Shown: positions 18,687-29,486 of the stretch, one piece after another
How the letters are laid out: each line of letters opens with the position of its first letter
Position numbering within the stretch: position 1 is the first letter of the stretch
Origin: Dehalococcoidia bacterium
GTDB lineage: Bacteria; Chloroflexota; Dehalococcoidia; UBA2979
DNA: 64,000 nt
Direction: 5' to 3'
Assembly (NCBI GenBank): GCA_963667465.2
Contig: CAXXDN010000002.1
Location: 32,001 to 96,000 of the forward strand
Program-made: the position numbers and the translations under genes
The notes under the pieces: generated by a model
Database searches by the model: none
Told to the model about the DNA's origin: nothing
Seen by the model: only the letters and a program-made list of their open reading frames with translations

Positions 18687-19400
18687 CTAGCCGGAACCCG
18701 TCAGTTCGGCGTCCTCGTTGACGAGCGCGATGCCGAGGAGCAGGTACCAGATCGTCGCGATCAGCAGGTAGAGGCCGTAGACGAGCACCAACTCCTGGGC
18801 GATGTCGTGCGCGAACTCCGCCACAACCATCGCCGCCAAACCCAGGATCGACGCCACGACCACGATCAGGGCGAGCCACTTGTGGTAGCCGCCGGCGAAC
18901 CGTTCGTAGAGGCCGAGCCCGAGTAGCAGCGTGCCCACCGCGCCGGCTGCCCAGACGCCGATGGTGATTCCGTAGCGGGTGGCTTGCAGACTCCAGGCGA
19001 GCGAATCCGCCCGCTCCGCGTCGATCCCCTCGAGGCCCCCGTGCTGAAGCACGTGGACGATCATCTGGTTCACGCCGGTGGCGGCAAGCAGGAGGGCGAT
19101 CGTGATCGCGAGAGCGACCACGCCGAACCGCACCATCGCGTCGCTCGCGCTCAGGCCCCTGGCCGTCCGGCTGATGGCGAGCAGTCCGAACAGGAGGAGC
19201 AGCCCCGCGGCCATGTTCATCAGCGACGAGAGGTTGTGCAGCCCGGCGTCCGAGGCCCGATCCTCGATCGTCTGGGCCATGTTCAGGCCCTCGAAGCTGT
19301 CCGTGGCGTAGCCAGGCGTGATTGCGGCTCCCACGACCACGAGTACGGCCGCCACGATCATCGCCCACCCGGCGAGCCTGGTCGCCGACATCTCACCCAT
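18687..19400 (-). CDS. Multi-pass membrane protein (DUF4386-like), paralog 1
   Basis: About 6 hydrophobic helices; similar to 19595-20311. Confidence 0.8.
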   Translation of the reverse strand: MGEMSATRLAGWAMIVAAVLVVVGAAITPGYATDSFEGLNMAQTIEDRASDAGLHNLSSLMNMAAGLLLLFGLLAISRTARGLSASDAMVRFGVVALAITIALLLAATGVNQMIVHVLQHGGLEGIDAERADSLAWSLQATRYGITIGVWAAGAVGTLLLGLGLYERFAGGYHKWLALIVVVASILGLAAMVVAEFAHDIAQELVLVYGLYLLIATIWYLLLGIALVNEDAELTGSG

Positions 19401-19594
19401 CGCTGACCTCCATCCGTTGTCCCTCGCGCCGTTGTCCCTCGTGTCACGATAGCGGCGCGGGGATCTCTGTCAATAGACACAGAGCGGTCTGCTACCGGGC
19501 CGGAGCCCCCTCCATGGAGTCTCGAATCGGCGGCAGGAACCTGATGGGGTTCAGCCGCGCAAGGCGCCGCCGTGCCGCCGAGGCGCCCGGGGTG

Positions 19595-20311
19595 CTACGC
19601 GGACGGCGCCAGATCGCTGTCCTCGTTGACGAGCGCGACGCCCAGCAGCAGGTACCAGATCGCCATGACCAGCAGGTAGAGCCCGAAGGCGACGACCAGC
19701 ACCTCGGTGAGGTCGTGTGCGAACTCCGCCAGCACGGCCCCAACGAACGCGAGAGCCGACACCACCGCCGCGAGCAGGGAAACCCACTTCTGGTAGCCGG
19801 GCGCGAACTTCGCGTACAGGCCGAGCCCGAGTGCGAGCGTGCCGAGCGTCCCGGTAATCCAGAGCGCGATGGTCAGCGCGTACCGGCCGCCCTGCAGCGC
19901 GAGGGCGACCGCCTCCGCCTGATCGCCGTCCATCCCCTCGAGTCCACCGTGTTGGAGCACGTGAACGATCATCTTGTTCAGTCCGTGGCCCGCGATCGAG
20001 AAGATGATGGCCACGGCGATGATCACCACGCCGAACCGCACCAGGAGGTCCGGTACCGTCTCCTGCTGGGCCGCCCGCCGGATGGTCAGCAGACCGAGCA
20101 AGAGCAGGAGCCCTCCTCCGATGCTCAGGAGCGACGAGATGTTGTGCAGCTCGCTGTCCGAGGTCCGAACATCGATTGACTTTGCGATATCCAGCGATTC
20201 CAGGCTGTCGCTGGCGTAACTGGGCACTATAAGTGTGGCGACGATCACGAGGACTGCCGCCGCGATCATCGCCCAGCCGGAGAGCCTGCTCACCGTCCAC
20301 TCACTCACCAC
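19595..20311 (-). CDS. Multi-pass membrane protein (DUF4386-like), paralog 2
   Basis: Shares MIVHVLQHGGLEG, EFAHD and WYLLLG with paralog 1. Confidence 0.8.
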   Translation of the reverse strand: MVSEWTVSRLSGWAMIAAAVLVIVATLIVPSYASDSLESLDIAKSIDVRTSDSELHNISSLLSIGGGLLLLLGLLTIRRAAQQETVPDLLVRFGVVIIAVAIIFSIAGHGLNKMIVHVLQHGGLEGMDGDQAEAVALALQGGRYALTIALWITGTLGTLALGLGLYAKFAPGYQKWVSLLAAVVSALAFVGAVLAEFAHDLTEVLVVAFGLYLLVMAIWYLLLGVALVNEDSDLAPSA

Positions 20312-20399
20312 ACACCTCCAGTACGGTAACGCGCTCGTAGCGTCACGGTAGGCGCACGGGTATTGCTGTCAAGGAACATCGGGAGTAATTGGGAGTCCG

Positions 20400-20645
20400 T
20401 ATCGACTCGAGTGCGGCGTTCCCATGAACTCTCCAGGACCGGCAGGGTCCGCTCCGGCGCCGCCTCGGCGAGGAAGCGGCCGCAATCCTCGAACGTCAGC
20501 GCGCGAGCCTCCGGCAACTCGGCCTGCCAGCGTTCGAGTTCCTGCCGGCGGAACGCGATGTCCGTGAAGCCCCGGAGGAGCAGCGCGGGCTTGCCCGTGA
20601 ACGCCTGACGCTCGTCCCGGATCGAGTGCAGCCAGTCGCTCGCGC
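20400..20645 (-). pseudogene. C-terminal fragment of a haloalkane-dehalogenase-like alpha/beta hydrolase
   Basis: KPALLLRGFTDIAFRRQELERW...FEDCGRFLAEAAPE; catalytic His replaced, no N-terminus. Confidence 0.6.
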
Positions 20646-20653
20646 GCCGGTCC

Positions 20654-21838
20654 CTACGCCGCGACCGTCGCGCCGTCGCGGATGCGCAGCTCGCCGTCCT
20701 GCAGCAGGTGGCGGATGCGCCGTGTGGCGCCGAGGTCGGCGAGCGGGTCACCGTCGAGCACCAGCAGGTCGGCGCGGCGGCCGGGCCGCACCGTGCCGAG
20801 CTCGGCCTCGAGGCCGAGCACGCGTGCGCCTTGTAGCGTGGCGGCCTGGATCGCCTCGTGCGCCGTCATCCCGAGGCCGGCGAGCTGGGCGATCTCCTCG
20901 TGCAGTGCGTCGGGGCCGGTGAAGGGGCTGCCCATGTCCGTGCCGGCCGCCAGCGGCACGCCCGCGCGCCAGGCGGCGGTGATGCTCTCGCGATGCGCCG
21001 CGGCCACCTCGTGCGCGCGCTCCACCGTCTCCGCACCGAGCACGTCGCCCGCCGCCTCGATGACGATCTTGATCACCGCCAGCGTCGGCACGATGCAGGC
21101 GCCGCGCTCCAGCAACTCGCCGATCAGCTCCTCCGTGAGGAACGAGGCGTGCTCGACGGTGTCGACGCCTCCGAGCACGGCGTTGCGGATGCTGGGCGCG
21201 CCGTGGGCGTGGGCGGCGACGGTCTTGCCCTCGGCGTGCGCCATGAGCGTGACGATGCGCACCTCGCGCTCGTTGAACTGCTCCGTGTTGGGGCCATGGC
21301 CGGTCCCGATCACGCCACCCGAGACCATCAGCTTGAGCAGGTCCGCCCCGGCGTCGAGTTGCTCGCGAGCCGCCCGGCGCACCCCGTCCTCGCCCTCGGC
21401 GAGCGCGCCGACGTGCCAGCCGTGGCCGCCCGGCGCGGTCAGCCAGGCGCCGGCCGCGTAGATGCGCGGCCCGGGCGTCAGCCCGTCCGCGATCGCGTCG
21501 CGCAGCCCGAGGATCACCGGGGCCACGCCGCCGACGTCGCGCGCCGTCGTCACGCCGGCGGCGAGCAGTTGTCCGGCGCGCCTCGCCGAGTCGATCGCCT
21601 GGTAGCTGTGCGGCCGTTCGCTGCCGTGTTCGAGCGCCTGCGGAGTCGCGTCGAGGCTGAGGTGCGTGTGCGCGTCGATCAGTCCCGGGATCGCCGTCGC
21701 GCCCCCCGCGTCGAGCTCCGGCTCGTCCCCGCCGAGGGCGACGCCGATCTCGGCGAAGCGCCCGTCGCGCACGCGCACGTCGACGCCCTCGAGCAGCGCG
21801 CCCATCCCGTCGAGCAGGCGCAGGTTGCGGATCAGCAC
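20654..21838 (-). CDS. Amidohydrolase family protein (prolidase-like)
   Basis: PGLIDAHTH, LKLM, AAHAHG, VEHAS, AGTD. Confidence 0.92.
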   Translation of the reverse strand: MLIRNLRLLDGMGALLEGVDVRVRDGRFAEIGVALGGDEPELDAGGATAIPGLIDAHTHLSLDATPQALEHGSERPHSYQAIDSARRAGQLLAAGVTTARDVGGVAPVILGLRDAIADGLTPGPRIYAAGAWLTAPGGHGWHVGALAEGEDGVRRAAREQLDAGADLLKLMVSGGVIGTGHGPNTEQFNEREVRIVTLMAHAEGKTVAAHAHGAPSIRNAVLGGVDTVEHASFLTEELIGELLERGACIVPTLAVIKIVIEAAGDVLGAETVERAHEVAAAHRESITAAWRAGVPLAAGTDMGSPFTGPDALHEEIAQLAGLGMTAHEAIQAATLQGARVLGLEAELGTVRPGRRADLLVLDGDPLADLGATRRIRHLLQDGELRIRDGATVAA

Positions 21839-21925
21839 GGGCGCCTCCGGATTCGCCGTGTTCGTTGACGAGGCGTTTGGTTAGTCATACGCTTAGCCAA
21901 GCGTCCGGCATGCAGGGATTCAACG

Positions 21926-22195
21926 ATGGTAACGGTGAACGTCCACGAAGCGAAGACGCACCTCTCACGGCTCCTCGCCCAGGTGGAGGATGGCGAGGAG
22001 GTGGTCATCGCCCGCAACGGGACTCCAGTGGCGCGGCTGGTGCAAGTCCGCACCGCGCGGGGCACGCCGCAGTTCGGCTCCTGGAAGGGCCGTCTGACCC
22101 TGGATGACAGCTTCTTCGACCCTCTCCCTCCCGAGGAACTGGCAGCGTGGGAGGGCGCCTACGACACGGTGGAACTGGCCGAGGAGGAGACGTAG
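21926..22195 (+). CDS. Phd/YefM antitoxin
   Basis: VNVHEAKTHLSRLL...GEEVVIAR.G.PVARL. Confidence 0.93.
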   Translation: MVTVNVHEAKTHLSRLLAQVEDGEEVVIARNGTPVARLVQVRTARGTPQFGSWKGRLTLDDSFFDPLPPEELAAWEGAYDTVELAEEET

Positions 22196-22198
22196 CGA

Positions 22199-22585
22199 TT
22201 GCGCCTCCTGCTCGATACTCACGCGCTCGTCTGGTGGCTCGAGGGCAGTTCCCGACTGTCGGTAGGCGCCCGCCGGGCGATCGCCGACCCCCTGAACGAG
22301 AAGCTCGTCAGTGCCGCATCCGCGTGGGAGATCACGACGAAGCATCGGCTCGGCAAGCTCCCCGGCGCCGACGAGTTCGCGAGCGAGATCCCGTGGGCGA
22401 TCGCCGACGAGGGATTCGAGGAGTTACCGATTACCGTCGATGAAGCCGCCCGCGCCGGCGCGCTGCCGGGTCCCCTCGGCGATCCCTTCGACAGGATGCT
22501 GATCGCGCAGGCGCTCTCCCGTAACCTGACGGTCGTGTCCATCGACTCGATCTTCGACAGGTACGGTGTCCGCCGCCTCTGGTGA
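22199..22585 (+). CDS. vapC: PIN-domain VapC toxin
   Basis: LLLDTHALVWW, DPFDRMLIAQA. Confidence 0.93.
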   Translation: MRLLLDTHALVWWLEGSSRLSVGARRAIADPLNEKLVSAASAWEITTKHRLGKLPGADEFASEIPWAIADEGFEELPITVDEAARAGALPGPLGDPFDRMLIAQALSRNLTVVSIDSIFDRYGVRRLW

Positions 22586-22725
22586 GCCCGGTCGCGCCTG
22601 CTGTACCGGACTTCGAGGTCGAGAGCGAGATCATGCTCGACAATGCGGCGGCCATAGCGAAGTGTGCGGGACTGATCGGCGGCCCGGTGTCGCCGCAAGG
22701 GAGCCGCAAGGGAGAGGATCCGAAC

Positions 22726-23793
22726 GTGAAAGTGTTCACCGGCTACGGCGAGGTCTGGCTGGGCGATGTCAAAGAGCAGGTGCAGCGCGCCGAGGAAGCC
22801 GGCTTCGACGGCGTCGCCACGGGCGAGCTGAAGCACAACTCGATCCTCGCGCTCACGCTCGCCGCCGAGTACACCGAGCGCATCGAGCTCGCGACCAGCG
22901 TCACCATCGCCTTCCCGCGCAGCCCCTATGTCATGGCGCAGACCGCCTGGGATCTCCAGGAGTTCAGCAAGGGCCGCATCAACCTCGGCCTTGGGAGCCA
23001 GGTGAAGGGGCACAACGTGCGGCGCTTCGCGGGGGAGTGGACACCGCCCGCCCGGCGCATGGAGGGCTACATCGGGATGATGCGCGCCGTCTGGCGCTCC
23101 TGGCAGGAGGGCGAGCGGCCCCGCTTTCACAGCGACGACTACAACTACACGCTGCTGCCGCCGGCCTTCAGCCCCGGCCCGATCGACTACCCGTACCCGA
23201 AGATCTCGCTCGCCTGCGTCGGTCCGAGGATGGCGGAAGCCGCCGGCTACTGCGCCGACGGCCTCCTGCCTCACGGCTTCATGACCGAGAAGTATCTGCG
23301 CGAGACCGTGCTGCCGGCCGTCAGAAAGGGCGCGGACCGCGCCGGCCGCTCTCCAGATGACATCAGCATCGCCGTCGGCGGCTTCAATGCCTTCGGCGAG
23401 ACGGACTCGGAGGTCGAGCAGGCGATCGAGGCGCTGCGCCGGCCGATCTCCTTCTACGGCTCCACCCGCTCCTACCACGGCGTGTTCCGCGCGCATGGCC
23501 TCGAGTCACTCGGTATGCAGCTCCACGAGCTCTCGCTGAAGGGCGAGTGGGACAAGATGTACGAGGCGGTCAACTTCGAGGTCGCCCTCGAGATGGCGAA
23601 CGCCAGCACCTACGACAACCTCCCGAGGTACGCGCGCGAGCACCTGGACTACGCCGACCGCATCAGCCTCCCGATGCCGAGCAGGCGCGAGCGCGCCGGC
23701 ACCTACGGCGGGGACGACAGCGGTGATGCGAAGGCGCCGGCTCCCAGCGCGGAGCGGCTGCAGTGGCTGATGAAGGAGCTGCGCGAGATCTAG
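22726..23793 (+). CDS. LLM class F420-dependent oxidoreductase (TIGR03617-like)
   Basis: IAFPRSP, AWDLQ, LGLGSQVKGH, FYGSTRSY; GTG start after GGAGAGG. Confidence 0.88.
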   Translation: MKVFTGYGEVWLGDVKEQVQRAEEAGFDGVATGELKHNSILALTLAAEYTERIELATSVTIAFPRSPYVMAQTAWDLQEFSKGRINLGLGSQVKGHNVRRFAGEWTPPARRMEGYIGMMRAVWRSWQEGERPRFHSDDYNYTLLPPAFSPGPIDYPYPKISLACVGPRMAEAAGYCADGLLPHGFMTEKYLRETVLPAVRKGADRAGRSPDDISIAVGGFNAFGETDSEVEQAIEALRRPISFYGSTRSYHGVFRAHGLESLGMQLHELSLKGEWDKMYEAVNFEVALEMANASTYDNLPRYAREHLDYADRISLPMPSRRERAGTYGGDDSGDAKAPAPSAERLQWLMKELREI

Positions 23794-23806
23794 CCGCGGC
23801 CCCCGC

Positions 23807-26122
23807 TCACGCAGCCCTGCGCGGCAGCAGCGAGTTGGCCATCACGGAGAGCGAGCTGAAGGCCATTGCGGCGGCGGCGACGATCGGGTTGAGAAACCCG
23901 TGATCGCCGAAGATGGGCGTCAGGGCCGCTGGGACCGAGCCGCCCTCGAAGAGCAGGTAGCCGAGGCCAGCCGCCACCGGGATCAGCAGCACGTTGTAGG
24001 CGAACGCCCAGACGAGGTTCTGGCGCAGCGTGCGCACCGTGGAGCGGCTCAGCGCGATCGCGGCGGCGACACCTCGAGGGTCTGCGCGCAGCAGGGCGAC
24101 GCTCGCCGCGCCGAGCGCCGCGTCCGCGCCGCCGCCGATCGCGATGCCGACGTCCGCCTGCGCGAGCGCCGGCGCGTCGTTGATGCCGTCGCCGACCATC
24201 GCGACGACGCGGCCCTCGGCCTGCAGCGCGCGCACTGCCTCCGCCTTGTCCGCGGGCGTCGCGCCCGCGACGACGCGCCCGATGCCGGCCTGTGCCGCAA
24301 TCGCCTCCCCTGCCTCGATGCGGTCGCCGGTCAGCAGCGCGACATCGAGGCCGAGGGCGTGGAGCCGCGCGACCGCCTCGGCGGCGTCCGCGCGCAGCCG
24401 GTCCGCGACGCCGAGCACGCCCGCCGCCTCGCCGTCGATCGCGACGGCGATCGGCGTCTCGCCGCGCGCGGCGGCTGCCTCGAAGTCGCTCGCCAGCCCG
24501 TCGGCGGGCGCGCCCCGCGAGGCCAGGAGCTCAAGGCTGCCAGCGGCGACCGCGCGGCCCTCGACGATGGCGACGATGCCGCGGCCCGGCTCGGCCTCCA
24601 GCGCGTCCGGCTGGCCGAGCGCCAGCCCGCGGCGCGCCGCCTCGCGCTCGATCGCGCCGGCGAGCGGGTGCTCCGAGCCGCGCTCCGCCGTTGCGAGCAG
24701 GCGCAACAGCTCGTCCTCCTCGACGCCGGGCGCGGCGGCGATCGAGGCGACCTCGGGCTGGCCCTCGGTCAGTGTCCCGGTCTTGTCGAGCAGCACGGTG
24801 TCGACGCGCCTCGCCAGTTCGAGGGCGGAGGCGTCGCGGATCAGCAGCCCCGCTCGTGCGCCGCGCCCGATGCCGACCATGATCGCCGTCGGCGTGGCGA
24901 GGCCGAGCGCGCAGGGGCAGGCCACGATCAGCACCGTGACCGCGTTGATCAGCGCGAAGGTCAGCGCCGGCGCCGGTCCGAACATCCACCACAGCCCGAG
25001 CGTGAGCAGCGCGACGGCGATCACCACCGGCACGAAGAGGGCGGCGACGCGATCGACCAGCGCCTGGATCGGCGCCTTCGAGCCCTGCGCCTGTTCGACC
25101 AGCGCGATAATCCTCGCCAGCGCCGAGTCCGCGCCGACGGCGGTCGCGCGCACGCGCAACGCGCCCGTCGTGTTCTGCGTCGCGCCGAACACCAGGTCGC
25201 CCTCCCGCTTCGCTGTCGGCAGCGACTCGCCGGTCAGCATCGACTCGTCAACCGCCGAGGCGCCCGCGACGACCGCGCCATCGACGGGCAGTTGCTCGCC
25301 GGGGCGGACGATGACGATGTCGCCCGGCTGCACCGCGGCGATCGGAATCTCGTACTCCTCGCCGCCTTCGAGGACGCGCGCGAGCCTCGGGCGCAGCGCG
25401 ATCAGGCTGCGCAGCGCCTCGGCCGACTTCGCCTTCGCGCGCGCCTCCAGCAGCCGCCCGACGAGCACGAGCGCGACGATCGCCGCGGCCGTGTCGAAGT
25501 AGACATTCGGCTCCAGGCCGGCAGCGCCCTCGAACAGGCCCGGCGCGAAGGTCGCCAGCAGCGAGTAGCCGTAGGCCGCCGAGGTGCCGAGCGAGATCAG
25601 CGTGTCCATTGTCGCGAGGCCGTGGCGGGCCGCGCGCAATGCCGCGGCGTGGATGCGCCATGCCGCCCAGAGCTGCACGGGGGTGGCGAGGGCGAAGAAG
25701 AGCGGATGCCAGACGCGCTCGGACACGCCCTCGAGGCCGGGCAGTCGCGTCCAGCCCATCGCCGAGACGAGCACGATCGCCACCGCCGCGGCGAGCAGCG
25801 CCCGCCTGCGCAGCGCCGCCTGCTCTGCGCGGCGCTCCGCCTCGAGGGGGTCGCCGTCCGACTCGTCGTCGCGGTCGCCGGGCAGGCGTACCTCGTAGCC
25901 GGAACGCGTGACCGCCTCGCGCAGCGCCGCCAGCGGCGCGCCGCTCGCAGCGACCGTCGCCGACTCTGTCGCGAGGTTCACGCTCGCCGACTCGACGCCG
26001 GGGACGGAGGCGAGCGCGTTCTCGACGCGGCGCACGCAGGAGGCGCAGTGCATGCCGCGGATCGGGAGCTGCAGCTCCCCCGTCGTGGGCTCCGGGCCCG
26101 CCGTCTGCTGGTCGGTCGTCAT
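23807..26122 (-). CDS. copA: Copper-translocating P1B-type ATPase
   Basis: GMHCASC, CPCALG, DKTGT, EHP, GDGIND, YN and MxxSS motifs. Confidence 0.95.
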   Translation of the reverse strand: MTTDQQTAGPEPTTGELQLPIRGMHCASCVRRVENALASVPGVESASVNLATESATVAASGAPLAALREAVTRSGYEVRLPGDRDDESDGDPLEAERRAEQAALRRRALLAAAVAIVLVSAMGWTRLPGLEGVSERVWHPLFFALATPVQLWAAWRIHAAALRAARHGLATMDTLISLGTSAAYGYSLLATFAPGLFEGAAGLEPNVYFDTAAAIVALVLVGRLLEARAKAKSAEALRSLIALRPRLARVLEGGEEYEIPIAAVQPGDIVIVRPGEQLPVDGAVVAGASAVDESMLTGESLPTAKREGDLVFGATQNTTGALRVRATAVGADSALARIIALVEQAQGSKAPIQALVDRVAALFVPVVIAVALLTLGLWWMFGPAPALTFALINAVTVLIVACPCALGLATPTAIMVGIGRGARAGLLIRDASALELARRVDTVLLDKTGTLTEGQPEVASIAAAPGVEEDELLRLLATAERGSEHPLAGAIEREAARRGLALGQPDALEAEPGRGIVAIVEGRAVAAGSLELLASRGAPADGLASDFEAAAARGETPIAVAIDGEAAGVLGVADRLRADAAEAVARLHALGLDVALLTGDRIEAGEAIAAQAGIGRVVAGATPADKAEAVRALQAEGRVVAMVGDGINDAPALAQADVGIAIGGGADAALGAASVALLRADPRGVAAAIALSRSTVRTLRQNLVWAFAYNVLLIPVAAGLGYLLFEGGSVPAALTPIFGDHGFLNPIVAAAAMAFSSLSVMANSLLPRRAA

Positions 26123-26522
26123 ACCTCGGACCTCGCGCCTGTGCTGCGTGCCGGAACCAACCCGCCCACGCCGGCCGCCGGAGGGAGGGCGTCGACCATG
26201 AGGGTCAGGCACTTCACGCTGCCGCCCGCCTTGCTGAACTCATCGGTGGGCGTCCCAATCGCCTCGTAGCGCGTTCGGCGAGGGCGCGCGCCGTCTCCGG
26301 ACAGCCGCTGTTCAGCACCCACCCGCTTGCCGGCCACCAGGCGTTGCAGGCGAAGCGCAGCGACTCCTCGGGCGCGACCGCGATCAGGTCGGCGAAGCGC
26401 GTGGCCGACTCCGTGCGCCCTGCCGGTGTGAAGACCGCCGGCTCGTACAGCGCATGCCCCTGCAGCGGCTCGCACACCAACATGCGCCGCGTCACCGCTG
26501 CGGCCTGTGGCTCGGTCGTCAC
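26119..26522 (-). pseudogene. Amidinotransferase/dimethylargininase relic (internal deletion and frameshift)
   Basis: MLVC..., LRFACNA, then [14 protein letters not shown] in another frame. Confidence 0.7.
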
Positions 26523-26539
26523 GCCCTGGACCTCACGCG

Positions 26540-26806
26540 CTACTTGTTCGCCAGCTCGTAGAGCTGCACGAGCTCGTCGATGACCCGGTGCTGGTCTCCG
26601 CCGCGCACGCCGTCGACGACGCAGTGGTGCAGGTGGCCGGAGAGCATGCGCGACTCGGCCTTCTCGATGGCGCGCCGCACCGCGTAGGTCTGCTTCAGCA
26701 CGTCGACGCAGTAGGTGTCGTCCTCGACCATGCGACGCACGCCGGCGAGGTGGCCCTCGAGGTACGCGAGCCGCTTGAGCACGTCTGCCTTGGTTTCGGC
26801 GTCCAT
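26540..26806 (-). CDS. csoR: CsoR/RcnR family copper-sensing repressor
   Basis: LKRL..LEGH..GV.RM, YCVDVL.Q, HLHHC. Confidence 0.93.
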   Translation of the reverse strand: MDAETKADVLKRLAYLEGHLAGVRRMVEDDTYCVDVLKQTYAVRRAIEKAESRMLSGHLHHCVVDGVRGGDQHRVIDELVQLYELANK

Positions 26807-26828
26807 GGCTGCACCTCCACTTCGAGTG

Positions 26829-26855
26829 TACCCCCACCCAGGGGGTTGGGGTGTA
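26829..26855. promoter_or_regulatory. Probable CsoR operator
   Basis: TACCCCC-accca-GGGGGT C/G-tract inverted repeat just upstream of csoR. Confidence 0.6.
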
Positions 26856-26907
26856 GGCGAAGTCATGCGAGGGCGTGCCAGCGCGGCGCACGCTCGGCAA
26901 GGACGCT

Positions 26908-28062
26908 TCAATCGATCAGGCACTCACCGGCGAGGCGGTTGATCTCGCGGCTCCGCGCCTCTTGATCCTCGGGCGGTACGAAGCCGTTGGTGACGAAGCC
27001 GAGCGAGAAGCCGCTCTCCGGATCGCCCCAGGCGATTTGACCGCCGGCGCCGCCGTGCCCGAAGGCGCGTTCCGAGGCCGTCGGCGCGAACCCGCGCTCG
27101 GCGGGGCGATCGCCCGCTATCACGACGGCCAGCGCACGGTTCACCGGCAGCCCTTCGGGCGTGCGATGGCGATCGTCCGTCAGTACACGCGTGGCGTACT
27201 CGATGGTCTCGGGCTTGAGCGGCGTGTGGTCGCCGGGCTCGGCCGGGCTGACCAGCCGCTGGTAGAAGAGGGCGAGTTCGCCGGCGCCGCCGAAGCCGGC
27301 CGCCCCGGGGCACCCCGACCGCCGCGGCGAGGGCAGGTTGAAGTGCAGCACGGTGTCGGGGTTGGTCTCGGTCCAGCCGCCCTCCGGCTCCACCGGCGGC
27401 TCGGTGTAGACGACGTCGGCGGCGCGCCGGTGCTGCTCGTCCGGCAGGCCGACCCACAGATCGGGCAGACCCATCGGCAGCAGGAGGCGCTCGCGCACGT
27501 AGTCCCGGAAGTCCTTGCCGGTGCGCTGGCTGATGATCTCGGCGAGCGTCCAGTGCGCCGAGGTGGCGTGGTACTCGAAGCGGCTGTCCGGCTCCCAGGT
27601 GAGGCGCCAGTAGTCCATGCGCTCCTGTCGCCTGGCGCGGTCCTCCCAGTGGTCGGGGTGCAGCGGGGCGTGGGGGAAGCCCGCGGTGTGCGTGAGCACC
27701 TGGCGGACGGTGACCTGCTCGGTGCCGTTGCTCAGGAACTGCGGGACGATCGCCGAGACGCGCTCGTCGATGTCCAGCAGGCCGTCCTCGATCAGCGCCC
27801 ATGCAGCAGCGCCGACAACTGCCTTGGTCGAGGAGTAGATGCAGTAGAGCGTGTCCGGCCCGGCCGGGCGCGTGCGGCCGCCCCGCGTCACCTCGCCGTA
27901 GCTGGCGACCGAGGCGATCTGGCCCCGGCGCCCGACCGCCACCTGCGCGCTGGGCAGGCCCGAGGCCACCTCGCTGCGCACGAAATCGCACAGGCGCTGC
28001 AGGCCCTCCGGATCGATGCCGATCTGCTCCGGGGACCCGGCGATGAACTCGGCTGCGATCAT
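26908..28062 (-). CDS. Serine hydrolase, beta-lactamase family
   Basis: YSSTK (SxxK), LTHTAG, EYH, FGHGGAGG. Confidence 0.92.
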   Translation of the reverse strand: MIAAEFIAGSPEQIGIDPEGLQRLCDFVRSEVASGLPSAQVAVGRRGQIASVASYGEVTRGGRTRPAGPDTLYCIYSSTKAVVGAAAWALIEDGLLDIDERVSAIVPQFLSNGTEQVTVRQVLTHTAGFPHAPLHPDHWEDRARRQERMDYWRLTWEPDSRFEYHATSAHWTLAEIISQRTGKDFRDYVRERLLLPMGLPDLWVGLPDEQHRRAADVVYTEPPVEPEGGWTETNPDTVLHFNLPSPRRSGCPGAAGFGGAGELALFYQRLVSPAEPGDHTPLKPETIEYATRVLTDDRHRTPEGLPVNRALAVVIAGDRPAERGFAPTASERAFGHGGAGGQIAWGDPESGFSLGFVTNGFVPPEDQEARSREINRLAGECLID

Positions 28063-28084
28063 GGTGCTCGCCGGAGGCGGCCCG

Positions 28085-28522
28085 CTACCCCTCGCGCGAG
28101 GGCAGCACGACGACGGCGTGACCGGGCGTGGTGCCGCGCCCGTCCTGGTTCATCACGTTAATCTCGAGGCGCACGAGGTGCTCGCCGTCCTCGATGCGCT
28201 TCTCCGTGATGGCGCCGCTGCAGGTCAGCTCGTCGTTCTTCTGGTTGATGGCCCGGAACTGCACGGCCAGCTCGCGGACCTCGACCTCGTCGCCGGCCCA
28301 GTCGCGCAGCATGTTGATCAGGTAGGCGAAGCGCAGGTTGCCCATGCCGAAGGCGCCCTGCTCGTTGGCGCCGCGCCGTCCGGCGTCGTCGTCCATGTGG
28401 ATGTAGACGAACTCGTCGTTCACCGCCGCGTAGCGGTTCCAGTGCATGAAGTCCGTCGTGCGCGACCACTCCGGGACGCTGTCCCCGACCTCGACGTCCT
28501 CGAAGTACACGTGGTAGGTCAC
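28085..28522 (-). CDS. MaoC/hot-dog fold dehydratase
   Basis: YFEDVEVGD, D...IHMDD. Confidence 0.85.
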   Translation of the reverse strand: MTYHVYFEDVEVGDSVPEWSRTTDFMHWNRYAAVNDEFVYIHMDDDAGRRGANEQGAFGMGNLRFAYLINMLRDWAGDEVEVRELAVQFRAINQKNDELTCSGAITEKRIEDGEHLVRLEINVMNQDGRGTTPGHAVVVLPSREG

Positions 28523-28646
28523 GGCGCTCCTCCAGCTCGCTGCGCCGCGATCATAGCAGCGGGCGATCAGTGCCCGCCGAGGCCGCGTCGCGCCCCGCCC
28601 CTATACTGCGCTTCGCGAGCGCCCTCGAAGGCCCGCGGGAGGCCGC

Positions 28647-29321
28647 ATGACACTGATCCACGCCGTCGCACACCCCGGAACGATCGATGACGCGGACGGC
28701 GGCGGGCTCTTCCCGACGCTGATCGCGCTGCATGGCTACGGGGCGAACGCGCAGGACCTGCTGGGGCTCAGCCCCTACCTCGCCGGTGGCCGGCTGCTCA
28801 TGATCTGTCCCCAGGCGCCGCTGCCGATCGACCCGAACTTCTACGGCTTCAACTGGCACGCCTTCAGCGGCCCCGACGGCCGCGGCTCTCCGGAGGTCGT
28901 CGCGGCCGCCAACGCCATGGTCAGCGAGTTCGTCGACTTCGCCCTCGAGGCCTACCCGGCGCGGCGCGACCGCGTCGCGCTGCTCGGCTTCAGCCAGGGC
29001 GGCGGCATGGCCTATCGCCTCGGCTTCAGCGAGCCGGAGCGCTACGTGGGCCTCGCGGCGCTGAGCGCGAGCCTGCCCGACGACGTCTTCGCGGACGGCG
29101 AGACGCCGGGCGAGACCGTGCGAGCGCTGCCGCTGCTGATCCAGCACGGCGCGTCCGACGCGAGCGTGAGTGTCGACCAGGGCCGCGCCTCCCGCGACCG
29201 CCTCGCGGGCCTCGGTCTGGAGCCGGACTACCGCGAATACCCGATGGCGCACGAGGTGGGGGCGCACAGCGCGCGCGACCTCTCGCAGTGGCTGGAGCGC
29301 GTGCTGGGCCTCGGGAACTGA
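28647..29321 (+). CDS. Phospholipase/carboxylesterase
   Basis: LHGYG, GFSQGG, HGASD, MAHEV. Confidence 0.92.
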   Translation: MTLIHAVAHPGTIDDADGGGLFPTLIALHGYGANAQDLLGLSPYLAGGRLLMICPQAPLPIDPNFYGFNWHAFSGPDGRGSPEVVAAANAMVSEFVDFALEAYPARRDRVALLGFSQGGGMAYRLGFSEPERYVGLAALSASLPDDVFADGETPGETVRALPLLIQHGASDASVSVDQGRASRDRLAGLGLEPDYREYPMAHEVGAHSARDLSQWLERVLGLGN

Positions 29322-29486
29322 GGGCGGCAGCATCACGAGCGCAATTGCTGATCAGCGCCTGATCGCGCGCAAAGCGCAGGCGCGATGTGCTAGCATCCGC
29401 GCGATAGGAGCACGAGCGATCCGGTTCGGACGCTCGTTCGTACCATCAACATCGCGAGCGGGGGCCGCAAGCGAAGGGGGAGGGGC

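Noticed and set aside
22582-22725. N-terminal extension of the LLM ORF overlapping the vapC stop
   Set aside because: Family similarity starts at the GTG at 22726, which has its own RBS
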